Shown: positions 26,071-40,109 of the stretch, piece by piece
How positions within the stretch are numbered: position 1 is the first letter of the stretch
How the letters are laid out: every line of letters begins with the position of its first letter
Assembly (NCBI GenBank): GCA_037379345.1
Contig: CM074518.1
Span: forward strand, 2,108,001-2,172,000
Reading direction: 5' to 3'
Length of the DNA: 64,000 bases
Source: Perna viridis
Taxonomy: Eukaryota
The notes under the pieces: model-generated
The model's input: the letters and a program-made list of their open reading frames with translations, nothing else
Told to the model about the DNA's origin: nothing
Databases searched by the model: none
Made by a program: the position numbers and the translations under genes

Positions 26071-26599
26071 TCTTTCTTCAATGTTTTTAATCACAATTCT
26101 TTTTTTTTTTTTTTTGGGGGGGGGGTTGGGGAGAGGTGTTAGATGCGATGTTTAAATTCCCAGAAAATAGGAGTTTTAAAGTTTTAAACCATGCATTTCA
26201 CAAATACTAATAATAAAAAATAAATGTAAGCAATAGTCAGTTGCGTGTGGAAAAAATAGTTCATAAATTGCTCAAAGACAAGGAGTGTTGAGAAACTTAT
26301 AGTCCAAAGAGGAGTATAAATCAAAAGATCGTCTTACAATTTAAATAAGTTCAGAAGAGGGTATTTTGACCGATTTATTTCTTTTATTCTTAAAATAATC
26401 AATTAGATAATGGGGAAAAAAACCTTGTAAATTAAATATCCCAATAAAGATATACGAAATAGTGTCAAAGGTTGTGCCTGACAATTGTGCAGAGGAGAAC
26501 AGACCGGAAAACCCAGGTTCATCATTGACGGAGGATTTGACTGGGTATATGCAATTGCTGAGTTTGACATAGTGTTGCCAAAAGGGTTAAATGACGCTG

Positions 26600-27420
26600 A
26601 GGCTTCGTCCGAATCAGCTAGAATGCATTTGAGTTGGTTATCGTTTGTTATCACATGTTTCTTTTCTGCTTTATCGGTAATGAAAATTTTTACCATTCCA
26701 AACGGATGTTTTACTTATTTTACCAACCAACTCTCACAGCATTACAGGCAATGAATGCTAATTTAGCACGAGGTTTAGTGAGGTCCTGACTTATACCAAC
26801 ACCTTTAAGGTTTTCAACGTTTTTAATGTTTTGGACGCTCTCAAAAGTCGTGACCTTTTTTTAGCGAGAGTAAACCTAGCTATGATTTGCTTTGGTCCTT
26901 CTCTGTAGGCAAACGGCGTGATACGCTTAAATCATTAGGATCGAGGTCGACGTCAGGTTTCTTTGCAACTTCATATACTATGTTTGTCTGACTTTGAGGC
27001 ACCCCACTTTTGCAGCTGTGCTGTTCAATGTCGTCTAATTCAGATCCCATACTCGGAATTTCATTAACGGATTTTTTAACCACACATTTTCAGCCTTCTG
27101 ATTATCTATTTCGGCATATAATGGTGCAATTGCCGTGTTAACTTGATATACAACGTCCGCTTTCAATTCTTTTCTTAGATCATCTAACATAATAGATTTA
27201 ACGGCCTGTGCCAAGCGTTGTACGTCATCATCGGTAGAAAAGAGACTGTTGAGTTTGTTGTGTTTGCGACATCTTTTTATTGATTGATATATCTGTACTG
27301 TTATTATTAGATTCCTCTCGCTCAAGGTCAAGGTCGCAAAAAAAGTTTTTTTTCCAAAAGGGTTTTATACTATCTTCGCTTATATTGGACGAATGTTCAG
27401 GTGAGTGTCTACGTTTTTAA
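26600..27420 (-). mobile_element. Degenerate LINE (CR1/L2-type) ORF1
   Basis: Coiled coil, ELDDIEQHS..GVPQ..DLSVSRRL..ARF..GISQDLT..WNGKIFI pattern with frameshifts. Confidence 0.6.
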
Positions 27421-28339
27421 TACATGTATTGATAATACTGACATAATATATGACCGGTTTATAAATGCACAATTGCTGTTTCAAAGTAATCGATCTGGGT
27501 GCACTCGACTACCTGTGGCTTTATAAAATGTAAACAATGTACTTTCAGTCAATTTTGCTGAACATTATTACCAATTAACACTAAGAGAATAACGTCCATT
27601 AAATTATCGTTGATATACTAATAGCCGACTACGTGGTGGTTAAAACATTGTTAATTTACGCAGTAGAAAAGGACGCAGCCATTACCATCAAGGGCGGTAA
27701 CTTTCCTCGTCCTGTCTTGTCTTGTCTTGCATTGGATATCCACCCTGAGGATACACACGTTATTTTACATTATAAGGTAAAGTGTACAAAAATTTAAAAA
27801 AAATACAAGAAGGACTTATTTACAGTGGGTTCAATGATGTTCATAAAGATTAAGGTAGTATAATAAAAGTTAAAGTGGTGTTAAAAGTGACCTTAAAACT
27901 TTCCATAAAAGCTCAACTTCTAGTTGTAGAAAATTCACACAAAGGTTCTGAAGCCATCAAGTGTTATTTTTTTTAAATTAAAATAATATAATGAAGGGAA
28001 AAAATTCAAAGGACATTAGCAACGAACTTTGTTTCATTAAAAGATACTCGACTTACTAAATCAAATTCAGATAACTGGTAATCAGCGGTTAGACATTCGA
28101 AACTTATCAGTGAAATTTATTTACAATTTACTTACTTCAATCTTTGACCATTTTTCATGTATTCGATTATTAAAGAAACTTTAAGATTACACAGTAGTGT
28201 GACGAATGTGGCATGTCTTGCAGAACAGAATCGACATCTCCTAAAAATAAAAATAATGATACAAGTAAACACAACACTGTAAATAAGATTTACAACACAG
28301 TAGTTTAAGGGAAATCAAATAAAAAATTTGCTTATATAA

Positions 28340-28680
28340 CAGTATATTTATCAGTCAAACCATATAGGACCTTTTAATGTTGACATCTGTAAATTCAAAG
28401 CAGACAGGTCCACAATTTGCAAATATAGGATAAATGCTCACTCTAGCACTAATGCGAGTGGAACACTATAACAAATTCCCTAAAAATAATCGTGTTTGCA
28501 CCTTATGCAAAACTGTACAAGTAGAAGATGAAGTACACTTTATCATACACTGTCCAGCATATAGAAAATGTAGGCAAGATCTCGTCAATAAAATGAAAAA
28601 AAAATCAACAAAAATTTCCATTCAATTACTGATTATAATATTTCTTTCATTTCCAATAGCACCTGATTATTTGTTACCAT
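28340..28680 (+). mobile_element. Non-LTR retrotransposon ORF2 C-terminal CCHC remnant
   Basis: ICKYRINAHSL..RVCTLCKTVQVEDEVHFIIHCPAY. Confidence 0.65.
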
Positions 28681-30084
28681 ACGTGTGAACTGACTATGGA
28701 TACACCAACTGAGATCGTCTCACATTCGTTATTTTAAATATGTCTTTATTTATGTGACGGCAACATGTTATTGGAACAAACCAAGAGTTGCGTTTCTTTT
28801 ATCAATAATTCCCATAATATGGCATACTTATCCTACCCCCGTTTATCGTGGAACGCGACTTCCAGTTTTTAGTGTTTCAAACGTGTTTCCTTCTGTTCTT
28901 TAATTTTAGTGTTGATATTTTGTTACAAACATCTTAATTTATCACGCATCTAATTAGCATTGGAAACGCACAATAAATAATATACAAAACACAGTTAAGT
29001 GTGACCATATATAAAGTTGGAATGACCTCATGAGTTAATATACAAAAGACAATTACAATACGCGTTATGATAGTGTCAAGCCAAATGGAGAAATGTCGTC
29101 AGATTGAATATACATATAACAGTTTTAGAAACTGCTCTTAAAATATTCATAGATGCATCGTTTTCACTTTATGACAGATATTTGGTATGTTTACCGTGTG
29201 CCATGGATGATGTTAACTGAATCAGATTTCAAGATAAGTTTATAACTATGGGTCAGACAACCCTGCATACCCTCTCAGTCGACGTAATGCAATATTTTAA
29301 CCGATATTGTTTTTCATGTCAGTTTATGGTGTTGTTTTTCGCCAATATGACATTTCTGTACCTATTTGAACTTAAATGTGTATTGAAAAAAGACTGAATA
29401 GAGGCTTGTTGTCATATTTTTTGGTCCGAGCACAAGTTAGAACATTTCAGTTCTTAAGAAAATATTTCTATATAATTATATTATCTTAATAAATATTGGA
29501 TGACTTTTTTTCTTCATTTTGATTTCTCTTTGAATAGAGTCACGACTTAGAATTCGATATCGCCGAAATATGGTATATTATCTTATGTTAAATCAGATTG
29601 TTTTAATGCTAATAACAATAACCGAATATTAAGTGTCTTCTAATGGTCATCCTTCTTATAAAAAAAAACAACACAGCACTTCGGCACAGCTATATATAAG
29701 TCAGCAAAAGTCGAAGCTTAATACAGCTCTGAATTTTGATTGTGATTAAATATTTGACACAAAATATATAAATGTGGCAGTGGAAAAATTATGGTTTAAT
29801 TTGGGTTCAGCATATATAAACATGGCCACTGCTAAAAACTGAGCCGTCCAAGGATAAAGATTTATAATTTTATTCTGAAAGACGGCGATGTTACTCACCC
29901 GCCCTACATGTGACTAACTACTGGACAAAGAATATTGTCCGATTCGATTAAGATACCAATGATGCGCGGGTGCTCATGCAGATAGTTTAGCGCGCGAAAG
30001 CATATACCGTTAAATATGGTCCGTCCATAATATAAAGTCTGTTTCTTCATACTGTCCCGTCGAATTCGTCAATATAATAGAAGT

Positions 30085-30145
30085 AATGAATGAATGAATG
30101 AATGAATAAATGAATGGATGGATGTATAAATGAATGAATGAATGA
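30085..30145. repeat. (TGAA)n microsatellite
   Basis: Seen directly. Confidence 0.9.
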
Positions 30146-31334
30146 TTTAAGTTTATCATGCAAATCAACCCGGCGACACACACACCCTGCGTCTAGAAAG
30201 AATCAGTTCGTCCCTGAACCCTTAAACACTTGCAATGTATATTCAATATAGATTAAAATATTCAGTCCATAGCATAATAAAAAATAAAGTTCACATGATA
30301 TGAAATTTGTTCATCCTTACATTGCATTAGTCCATGGACTGGGAGGGTCCACCGTGCACCCCCAACTCATCAACTTCATGGTGATTTTTAGGTACCTTTA
30401 TACCTCCCATTACCAAATCAATTTGTCCCCAAAGAATATTCTCGGATTCTTTTTTCAGTATAAGCCTATATGTGTACACCACTGGGTCAAAAAGCCGAGA
30501 TTTTTGTGACTCAATTGTTTGAGCGTCTTAGCCTTCCCAGGATAGCATGTGTAAACAAATTAAACAAATTTAGGTATCATTGTATACCGCTTTATAATGG
30601 TACCAAGAAAGTTTTAGTAACACTTGGGGTTTTGGGGTAAATTGAAAAAAAATGTTCCCTTCTTGTAATTGTACCCTTCTTACATTTCTGCAATGGTGAA
30701 TGCAGAAAAGGTGTAAGTACACAATTACTGGTGTTCATAAATGTATTCAAGTTATAGATCTCATGTAAATAAGAAATTTGCTCTTGGGAGTTGGAAGAAC
30801 AAGAATCTTTTCGGTCAAAGGTCAGAAACAGAATATTTATGCCTTGAAAAACTACTTTCAGAACTTGTAGATGAAGCTACGCCATGCCTTCTTTGAGCAT
30901 TACAAAATGTAGGTTGAAATTCATTCGCCAAAGGATTCATGACACCATGGTGCATCAGGAAAAGCGACACTAAGGTCTGTAAAATATTATTTGAAATATA
31001 TTTTTTTTTGAAAAACAAACAACAAAAACGATAAAACAAGAGTAAGCAATTGAAAATTTAAAAGTACATTTTAAAATAGTACAATGTGGTATTTTTTTTT
31101 TTTGTATAAACAGGCTGGTTACATCAGTTGACTGTAAAAAGGTAAAAAGATACGAAACACCTATAGTTACCAAAAAACGTACACCTGCACACCAATGGAT
31201 GATGAAATTCTCCTTTCGTACAAATGGACCAGTTCATCTTGCCCGTTCTTTCGTAAAAGAAAAATGTTACGTAGATTTGTAGCAATGAGTTGTATAATGT
31301 ATAAAGAAAACTCTTCATAACTCATGTTTTAAGA

Positions 31335-32587
31335 GGATTAAATTATATTTAATGATAAAAATATACCAGATACAGATATGCATAACCATTTAGGTGTAAC
31401 ATTTAGTAACGATGAAAAATGGAATAATCATGTTGAATGTATAATCAAAAATGTATCGAAACATTTAAATGTATTACGGAAACTTAAGTATAGTTTAGGA
31501 AGAAAGAATCTTGAATCACTATATCTTACTTTTATTCGACCGTTATTTGAATATGCATGTGAAGTTTGGGACAATATGGGCGTGGGTTATTGCAATAAAC
31601 TTGAACAATTGCAGCTAGAGGCTGCTCGAATAGTAACTGGACTTCCAATCTTTATTAGAGCACGACTCATTTATAGTGAAATCGGGTGGGAAACTGTAGC
31701 AGAAAGACGCGAAAGAAGAAAACTACAGTTGTTTTATAGTATTCAACATAATAATGCTCCAGAATATTTATACAATTTGATCCCACCAACAATTCGGAGT
31801 ACAGCAGTTTACCCCTTACGTAATGGAAATGACTTGATACATCCTTTTTGTCGACTATCTTTGACACAAGACTCGTTTTTACCATCAACTATACGGTTAT
31901 GGAATAAACTCGATTTGTCTACTCGTAACATTGAATCTATAGGTAAATTTAAAAATGAATTAAAGAGGAGTAAATCAAATCCAGCAAACAGAATTCCTAA
32001 ATATTTCGAGTTTGGAAATCGTAAATTAAACATTATTTTAACACAAATACGATGTCCGGATCTCCTTTTTAAATTGTGATCTCTCGAGAGTTAACATTAT
32101 AACTGATCCATCCTGCCGATGTGGTGCTAGCATTGAAGATTCAAATAATTTTTTCTTTAAATGTCCTCACTATTCTGATATTAGAAACAGACTCTTTATT
32201 AATCTAAATTGGTTACCGGAAAATTGTCGAGTAAATTTAAGTACCTTAACGTGTGGTCACCCGGCTCTTGCCGATGAGCAAAATACAATGATTTTTAGTC
32301 ATGTATATAATTATATAAAAGGATCTAAGAGGTTCCATATTGTATAATCAGTATCATTGATACTGTAAGTATATTTATAACAACCACATACATCATCACA
32401 TCATCACAATATTTGCTAGTTATATCATGTCAATATTATGTTTATATAATTATTGTATTGTTTTTGCATGCTTTCAATATGTATTGTTACACACTGTATA
32501 TGGGAGAAGACTTAATAAGTTCGTCTAACTTGTGTCTAATCCCTTTTGCATAATTACGCAAATAAAATATGTTTAAACTAAACTAAC
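31335..32587 (+). mobile_element. CR1-group LINE, 5'-truncated (RT thumb, C-terminal CCHC, 3' UTR)
   Basis: HLGVTFSND.KWNNHV..FIRPLFEYACEVWD..LQLEAARIVTG; frameshifted CRCGASIED..FFFKCPHY; AATAAA and (AAACT)n tail at 32560-32587. Confidence 0.85.
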
Positions 32588-32622
32588 CCAACTTGTTACA
32601 TCTATTCTATTTTACGATCAGT

Positions 32623-33932
32623 AAAAGAGTAATCAAGGGAACCAAGGTTATAGCGGTAATCAAAAGAATGTAATCCAGGGACAAAGACCAGACATGGAAA
32701 ACAGACATACACAACAAAGAACATAAAGTAACTAAAATCATACTTACAAAGAGGCATGGACCAGGTGCACCGGTAGGGTAAGCATCCTCTGCTTTTCTAG
32801 AAACACCCGCCGAGTTGCTCATAAAAAGTCCGGTGCATATAAACGAGGAAAGGAAAACTATGACCCGTTGAATAGATCAGTTTTCATGGTGTTGATGGAT
32901 ACACCATAACGATCCACGAGTTCATGATGACGACCATAGAACTTCTGTAGTGATGACTTCAATCTTGTAGCAACATAACTCTGTTCCAGAAGTCTATTTG
33001 TTCGAGTTCTAGCGCGATACAAAAAGTCTGCGTAGTCTCGGCAAGCTCTGGCATAACGTATGAGTTGTGATATGAACATTTCATACGCAGGTGCTGAAAG
33101 GATGTTGCCACAGATGAAAGGAAAGTTGACAATTCTGAATGAAAAGTCAACCCCTTTGTCGTAAAGTTTGGTCAATATTTTTCCTTTACCATCGATTTCT
33201 AAGTGTAGGTCAAGATAACAGGCTGACTTCACAGTGTCTGTAGTATCCTTTTTTTTCTCAAGTTCTTTGGGGTAGATGCGATGTATCAAATCCCCGAAAT
33301 TAGGATTGTTTAAAGATAACATGTCATCTATATAGCGGAAACTGATATCAAAGGATCTAGCCAAACGATATTCTTTCTTTCGGATCAGATCCGCTATAAA
33401 GTCAGCATCATAAGAGTGAAGGAATAGGTCAGCAAGTAAAGGAGCACAGTTTGTTCCCATTGGAATGCCGACCTTTGTTGAAAAACACATCCACCACGCT
33501 GGACAAATATGTTGTTGATTAAAAATTCCAGCATTTTGTAAGCATCTTCCTCTGTATATACAAACAATGATGTATAATGTTTTTTTAAGTCGGGATTTTA
33601 ACTGAGTATGGGGAATAGATGTATACAGTGTTGAAAAATCATAGGTTTTGATGCTATTATATTCAGATAATAGTCTTGAACTGATTGTCTCCATAAGATC
33701 TTACGAATTTTTCAGGATCCACATTGAATTAATACCACTACAGGAGTAACAAGTGTTGTTGTAAGACTGTAGACCCTCTTTGACAGTTGTGAGTGTAGAA
33801 GTTAAAAGTTTTGAAAGAGGTTTGGTGGTACATTTTGCAGATCCAACTATGAAACGTTGTTTGTATGGATTCTTGTGGATTTTAGGAATCCAGTACATTG
33901 ACGGTAAATCACAATCATCGCAAAAAATATGC
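32623..33932 (-). mobile_element. Penelope-like (Naiad-type) retroelement RT, 5'-truncated with internal deletions
   Basis: MYWIPKIHKNPYKQRFI, TYDFSTLYTSIPH, GIPMGTNCAPLLADLFL, FRYIDD, YLDL, YDK; the ORF ends (DLFNGS*) with no C-terminal GIY-YIG. Confidence 0.9.
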
Positions 33933-34103
33933 AAAATACATATGCGAAGATGAAACTAAGGTTTCACTACGAATTTAATTTTGAACAAATTTTTGTTACC
34001 AAATATAAAATATAAACAGTTATGGACCTAGTTGGAGTTATATTATTTCACATCGGGAACTTTTCTCGACAATGAACCCCAAACAAGTACAAGCCTTATT
34101 TCT

Positions 34104-34143
<40 letters not shown>

Positions 34144-34494
34144 TTTTGTTTAAATTACTACTCAGTTTAGTCACCCATCAAATAGCAACCTGTGCTTCCA
34201 TGCACGACAACACATTCTGCAATCTACTTAAAATTAAATCTTTAATTACGCTACCCTCCATGTCAGATCGTGTATTTTAATCAGATTGCATATTCTATAA
34301 TATTTGGCTGTGCTTACCTTTAAGTGGACCGTATAATTTGTTATCTACACTTCGCGCATTATAATAGTACTCGTATTACTTCATTTTTCGTTCCTTAAAC
34401 GGACATTTTATCGAGAAAGATTTCCTATGATATTGTTTGTTTGTGTAGTGATTTAGTTTCTTTCATGTTTTGCTATTTCTGTAAAATTGTAATT

Positions 34495-34632
34495 CCAGGG
34501 TCATCTCAAACCGAGTATTCCTCAAATCCTCTCTCAACTCAAATTTCGACCAATCAGATCACTTGAAATTTAAGATCTGAGGACTTGAGGATTTTCTCAA
34601 TTTGAGATTTTTTTTGTATGAAACCCAGGCCA
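34495..34632. mobile_element. Short palindromic MITE-like element
   Basis: CTCAAA.CGAG..TCCTCAAATCCTC versus GAGGACTTGAGGA..CTCAATTTGAG inverted arms. Confidence 0.45.
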
Positions 34633-35327
34633 GGTCTACAAAACGGTATAAAAATCTGCTCTGTTTCTGTTACCACCTTCTTTCGCATTCTCAGTGTTGT
34701 CTTGCTTTAGTTCACGTCAAGTTTTAGCCTACTCCAAATAAATTTGGAGGTTTTCTGGGTTTATTTCGGTCATAATGCTAAAGATTGAAATTGGACTGTA
34801 TTCCCCAAAAAAGTACATCAATATATTTTTTCTGAAATATATTACCAATCTTATATTTCTAATGAAATTCATATTTTATAGTTTTCATTTTCATGTTAAT
34901 GTTCACTGTAAAATATTTTCTTTGGTGAAATTATCAAAATCAGGGTCAATATTGATTGGTCAAATATCTATTTGTGGGTATTTGTCGAAATTTGTTCATA
35001 TTTAAGAAGACTTAAAAAAATACATACAAAAATTCTGGCTATACGTACTTGACTTGACCACATTATACAGATAATGTATGTATATCAATTTATTTGTTTT
35101 GAAAATCGAGATGAAAGGTTACTCACTAACCGAGTGGAAAATTTTAGACACTTTTACTGGAAATGTAATAAACAATTATTATGGCACCTCACTACATGCA
35201 ATATCATGTTGTATGGAACAAAAAAAAAGATATAGACCGAGTCCCACTTGCACAAGTTTAATAGTTCGTTGCTTGGTATTTGGTGGATGCATCATACCAT
35301 ATCTTCTTTTTCCCGACACTTTGACAT

Positions 35328-36330
35328 GACGTGACACCCATGATGCTTAACCATGGCAACCTAACCGATGTAACTTACAACCTCGCATATCATTGGACAA
35401 ATGTGATAACAACCGTGAAATGTAAGGATCCATTGTGGGCAATTGTGTCCGGAATATTTTTAATTGCACTTTCATATATTGAATATTCTTTTATAAATTG
35501 AATTGGAAAAGGTTACGTGTTAAACCAATAAAATAATTGAATTACGAAATCACGCAGTTCACCGAATAAAGTCTTAATCAGATTTGAGTATTAACAAAGC
35601 GAGAATATGCGTCGGCTATCTTTTTTCTAAGTCGATAATATTGTTAACTGTTATACTCGTAATTTCAGTACTGTACATTCGTATAAGATTTGCATAGTTA
35701 TATATTACTACGCCACCTTATGCTGCAGATCGGTGCCGTAGAACCGCGTCAATTCTTGCTTCATACGAGAAAAAAATTAAATTAAATACCATACGTGTAC
35801 ATGTGTTCTACATTTATTTTTGACACAGTCGGTATTGAGTTCGCTTGGACGTCATGTGATATCCACGATGCTTAACCATGGCAACATAACCGATAAAGCT
35901 AACAACCTCGTATTTCATTGGACAACTGTGATAGCAAACGTGAAATTTAAGGCTCCGTTGGGGGCATTGGTGTCCGGACTATTTTCGATCACTTTTCTAT
36001 ATGGAATAATCTTTTATAAATTGAATAAATGGAAATAGTTTACTTGTTGGAACAATACAATATTTGAAATATGAAACACAGTACAATGATCACACAATTC
36101 ACCAAATAAAATCTTAATCAGATTTGAGTATTAACAAGGCGAGAATATGTGTCGGCTATCTTTTTAAGTCGCTAATATTGTTAGCAAATTCTTGCACTCG
36201 TAATTTTTGTACTTAATAATCGCATATGATTTGCATAAATATGTAGTTATACGCCACTAAATGCTGCAGATCCTAACCGTGTTCACCACCATAGCGTCGT
36301 AGTTCTAGCTTCATACGAGATGAAAATTAA
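35328..36330. repeat. Tandem duplication of about 525 bp, part of a modular repeat also present at 37140-37855 and 59680-61050
   Basis: GATGCTTAACCATGGCAAC, TCTTAATCAGATTTGAGTATTAACAA and CTCGTAATTT..GCTGCAGATC blocks are repeated. Confidence 0.8.
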
Positions 36331-36847
36331 TATCTTAAGTTTTATACACGTGTGTCGTACGTGTTTCGTGCTTGTACGAGAACGTGATCTTAAATATCAT
36401 ACAGGTGTGATTTACGTGTGTTTCTTGCTTGAATGAGAACAGAAAATTTACATGAAATGATCACTTAGCTTTGAACATTACCCTGTTTTCGATTCAGGCA
36501 CTGAGGCTAGTTACAAGACTATATAGGTCATATACATTAGCACGCCCTGATATTTATGAATATTTCTTTCCAGCTGCTTAATCAGGTTCATAATCAGGTA
36601 CAGTCAATATCATAAGTGACCCTAAGACCACGTACACGTACCTTTTTTTAAAATATCTGTGTCTGGTTTTTTTTAAGATAATGATAGGTTAGCATTGAAT
36701 TTATGTAATATTATCCAGTTTCCGCTTCAAACAAAGGCGTTCGTTAAAATTGATTATTATATAAAGGTCATATATCTATATTACCAGGACATCGATAAAT
36801 ATTTATAGCCATTCGGGTCATAACGGTTACGAAATAGTTCGCAATAA

Positions 36848-37140
36848 TATCAAGGGAACCAAGATTTTAGCGGAAGTCATCCGATTTTAGAATATATCGC
36901 ATTTGTGCCATTTCGGATGTTTAAAAAGAGTAATCAAGGTTATAGCGGTAATCAAAAGAATGCAATCCAGGGACAAAGATCAGACCATGGAAAACAGACA
37001 TACACAACAAAGAACATAAAGTAACTAAAATCATACATACAAAGTAACAAAAGCAAATAAGCAACTCGGACTCCACTAAAAACTGGGAGCATGGACCAGG
37101 TGCATCGGTAGGGTAAGCGTCCTCCGCTTTTCCAGAAACA
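36848..37140 (-). mobile_element. Naiad-type PLE 3' UTR fragment with partial terminal duplication
   Basis: Family 3' UTR at 36925-37140; extra AATCAAGGGAACCAAG at 36848. Confidence 0.8.
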
Positions 37141-38037
37141 GTAAGCCAAAATCAGTGACAGAGAATATTTGACGATTAGCGACTTTGAAGACTTCAGTCT
37201 TAGATTTAAATATAGCACTTTTTTTTTTTACTTTTTACTCTTTGAGAGCGTGAAGTTTACATTAAAATATGAAATGATCGGTTAGCATTGAACTTTCCAT
37301 AATATAGCTGAGAAACGCATAGTGTCCGAGTTGTTTTGATCGAGAAATATTCGGGAAGTTACCCGATTTTAAGTAAAGCACACCGCAGTTTGACGAATTG
37401 ATGCACAACACAACAAAGTTCAAAATTCAAAAGAGAAGTCGGTACATACAAAACATTATAACACAATCTCTGTTGAGCTTTTAAAACCGACATAAGCTTT
37501 TAAAACGGCCTAAATTGTCCTATGTTCGAAAAAGGGTTACTATTGTTTTGTTAGTAACGTTCAATTGTACGATGTGTCAAAAGATGTAAAATGGGAAAGA
37601 ACATGAATGTATATTATCAATCGACCTGAAATCTTCAGCATTTTCAGCTCATTAAAATTTGTTATTTTTCAAAAATTCTGAATCAAGTTCATCTATACAT
37701 CTTCGCCAGGGTTTACGTTGAAAATGAGAAAAATCACTGATTGATTGGGAGTTAAGTTAGGTAGATGATTACAGTCTCCTGGAAAGGAAGTCAAAATCAG
37801 TGGCAGAGAATATTTGATAATTAGCGACTTAGAAGACGTCAGTCTTTGATTAAAGCTGCATTAGCATTGAATTTATTTGTAAATTGTTTTTAGCACAATG
37901 TTTGAATTTACCGCGCATGATTTGAGGTTTTTCACTGGGCCTCCATACGATCCCGCAGTCTCGTTTTGATGAGCCATGCTGCTAGTGCAAAAATTTGCTA
38001 ATGGCGGCACGCTGTTTTTGTCAGCTTTGAAAGTAAA

Positions 38038-38830
38038 ATGACGACTGGAGCCGATACTCCGGGTAAACTCAAAGACCTGATAGAAGGGTTAAGACGAGGA
38101 AAGGGCAGAAGACCCGATTTAGACGACGGTTCAAATACAGCTGACGAATCAGCCGAGGAAAATGATGTCGACGTACAACCCGAAAGCCCCAAATCAGACA
38201 GTGCACACGATGCTGATGAAGAACTGCAGGATCTAGAAAAACAGTTGAGGGATCTCAGACTTGAAAGGAAGAAAGCACATTTACGCCAGGAAATTGAACG
38301 AGAAAAAGACAGTTTGCGGACTTTGCAAGTCTCGGCGATGAATTTTGGAATGCATTCGCTCAAGACAGGACCAACGATGTCACCTTCACAGTTTCCTTCA
38401 AATACAGGTGAGCCTATTAGCTTAGCAGATACTACCAAAGAACAAAAAGTGCTTCAGATTTTGTCGTTCATCTGGCCAGAGCTCGTTGAACAATTTCAAA
38501 CGTTTACTTTGGACGGTGAAATTGAGTTTCATATAGGCAAAAAGAAAGCTTTGGATAAGGTTACAATAGAGGAGTGGGGCTACGCGAACATTAAAATCAC
38601 GCAGGAATTGGTGAAACAAAAGCGGCTAACGGACATTAATGGTTACCTCAACTATACCGCCGATATCTATCGCTTAGCCGCCCGGAATGTATAGTATTCA
38701 GTTTTGCTGTACGACAAAGAATATCGTCAAGAGCTGGCCGATGAGTTATTCGAATGGAGAACATATAGACAAGATTTGCGTGACTTCCAGTTAGTTTCGA
38801 AACGGGATAACCCAACATCTAGAGCATTCG
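38038..38830 (+). pseudogene. Ngaro gag-like ORF1 (in-frame stop at 38692-38694)
   Basis: ORF 38038-38694 continues past the stop as YSVLLYDKEYRQ..W. Confidence 0.7.
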
Positions 38831-38849
38831 TTTATGTTCAAAATTTGGC

Positions 38850-40100
38850 CGAACCAATCGTGAAAATTATGCATTAGCATTTAAATTGCGCGAAAAAGTA
38901 GAAATTCAGTTAAGAAATGAGCTTGCTTTAGGAAATTATGTGATTACTAAAAAGATCCCAACAATTGTGAGCTCACTAGGGGCTGTCCCAAACCCAAATG
39001 GTGAAATACGTTTAATGCATGACGCTAGTCAGTCCGTAGGAATTTCCCTCAATTCTTATAATACAAGTGTTCATATATGGATACGCGACTCTCTTTAAAA
39101 CTTACTGAACCAAATAGTTTTCTTGCAAAAGTTGACCTTAAAAGTGCGTATAGATCCGTTAAATGTCACAAGTTAGATCATGAATACACCGGCTTAAATT
39201 GGACCTTCACAGGTGATGATGTTCCTACTTACATGTATGATTTTTAACTTCCATTTGGCCATTCGCGAATCCCAAAAAATTTTCAAATGTTGAGTGGGTC
39301 AGTTTGTAATATTATGAAATATGTATACAATGTAACATGTATTATCTAGACGATTTTTAAATGATTTCAGAAACTATGTATGATTGTAGTAGGGATTTGC
39401 TTTTATTGGTTCGCATATTGAGACAATTTGGATTTAACATAAACTATTCGAAGATAGAAGGTCCGGCACAGCGAATAACTTTTTTAGGCATAATAATCGA
39501 TACCCGTGATTTGACACTTACCATGCCAGAGCAGAACCAATCTGAATTTTATAGCCTTCTGTTATCCTTTGAAAAACGCAAACGTGCAAGTGTTAAACAA
39601 CTTCAGTCACTTCTGCGGCAAGTTAAACTGGGCTTGTCAAACGGTGAAAGGTGATAGAACGTTTCTGAGACGTTTAATTGACGCTATTTCTAATGTAGAA
39701 AACCGCAGTAACAAAGTGTCATTATCTGCCGATTTTCATGCTGACATTTCTTGGTGGATTAAATTTATGAAGGTTTTCAATGGCGCAGTAAAATTTATGG
39801 ACTCGAACAAAATCACTTCGTTACAAACTGACGCGTCTTCATTAGGAGGAGCTATTACAACGGAGATTTCTTTTATGTTAATTGGTCTATTGACTTGCCA
39901 GTTATTCAAAATGAACATATCAGTATTAAAGAAACTGCTGCTATCATCTTATCTGTACTTCGCTGGGGACATTTATGGACAAATAAAACTGTTATAGTGT
40001 TTACGGACAATATGCCGACCAAATGTTTTTTGAATAAGGGGTCGTCAAAGACAAGTGGCTAATGAGTTTACTGAGAACTTTGTTTTGGTTGTCCGGGGTG
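38850..40100 (+). pseudogene. Ngaro RT-RNase H, disrupted
   Basis: SLGAVPNPNGEIRLMHDAS, AKVDLKSAYR, LPFG, YLDDF, ITFLGIIID, GKLNWA, QTDAS, HISIKE, VFTDN. Confidence 0.85.
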
Positions 40101-40109
40101 GGCTGAATC

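Noticed and set aside
32858-33934. Selenocysteine-encoding Naiad (in-frame TGA + SECIS)
   Set aside because: No TGA is shared in frame among the RT copies visible here, and the 3' motif beginning ATGA is a Watson-Crick stem without the SECIS GA/GA quartet and apical AA geometry.
37861-37874. Ngaro target-site homology with TTAGCATTGAA motifs at 36688 and 37281
   Set aside because: The junction is better explained as a transposon TIR (..ATTAGC) abutting the A-repeat start (ATTGAATTT).
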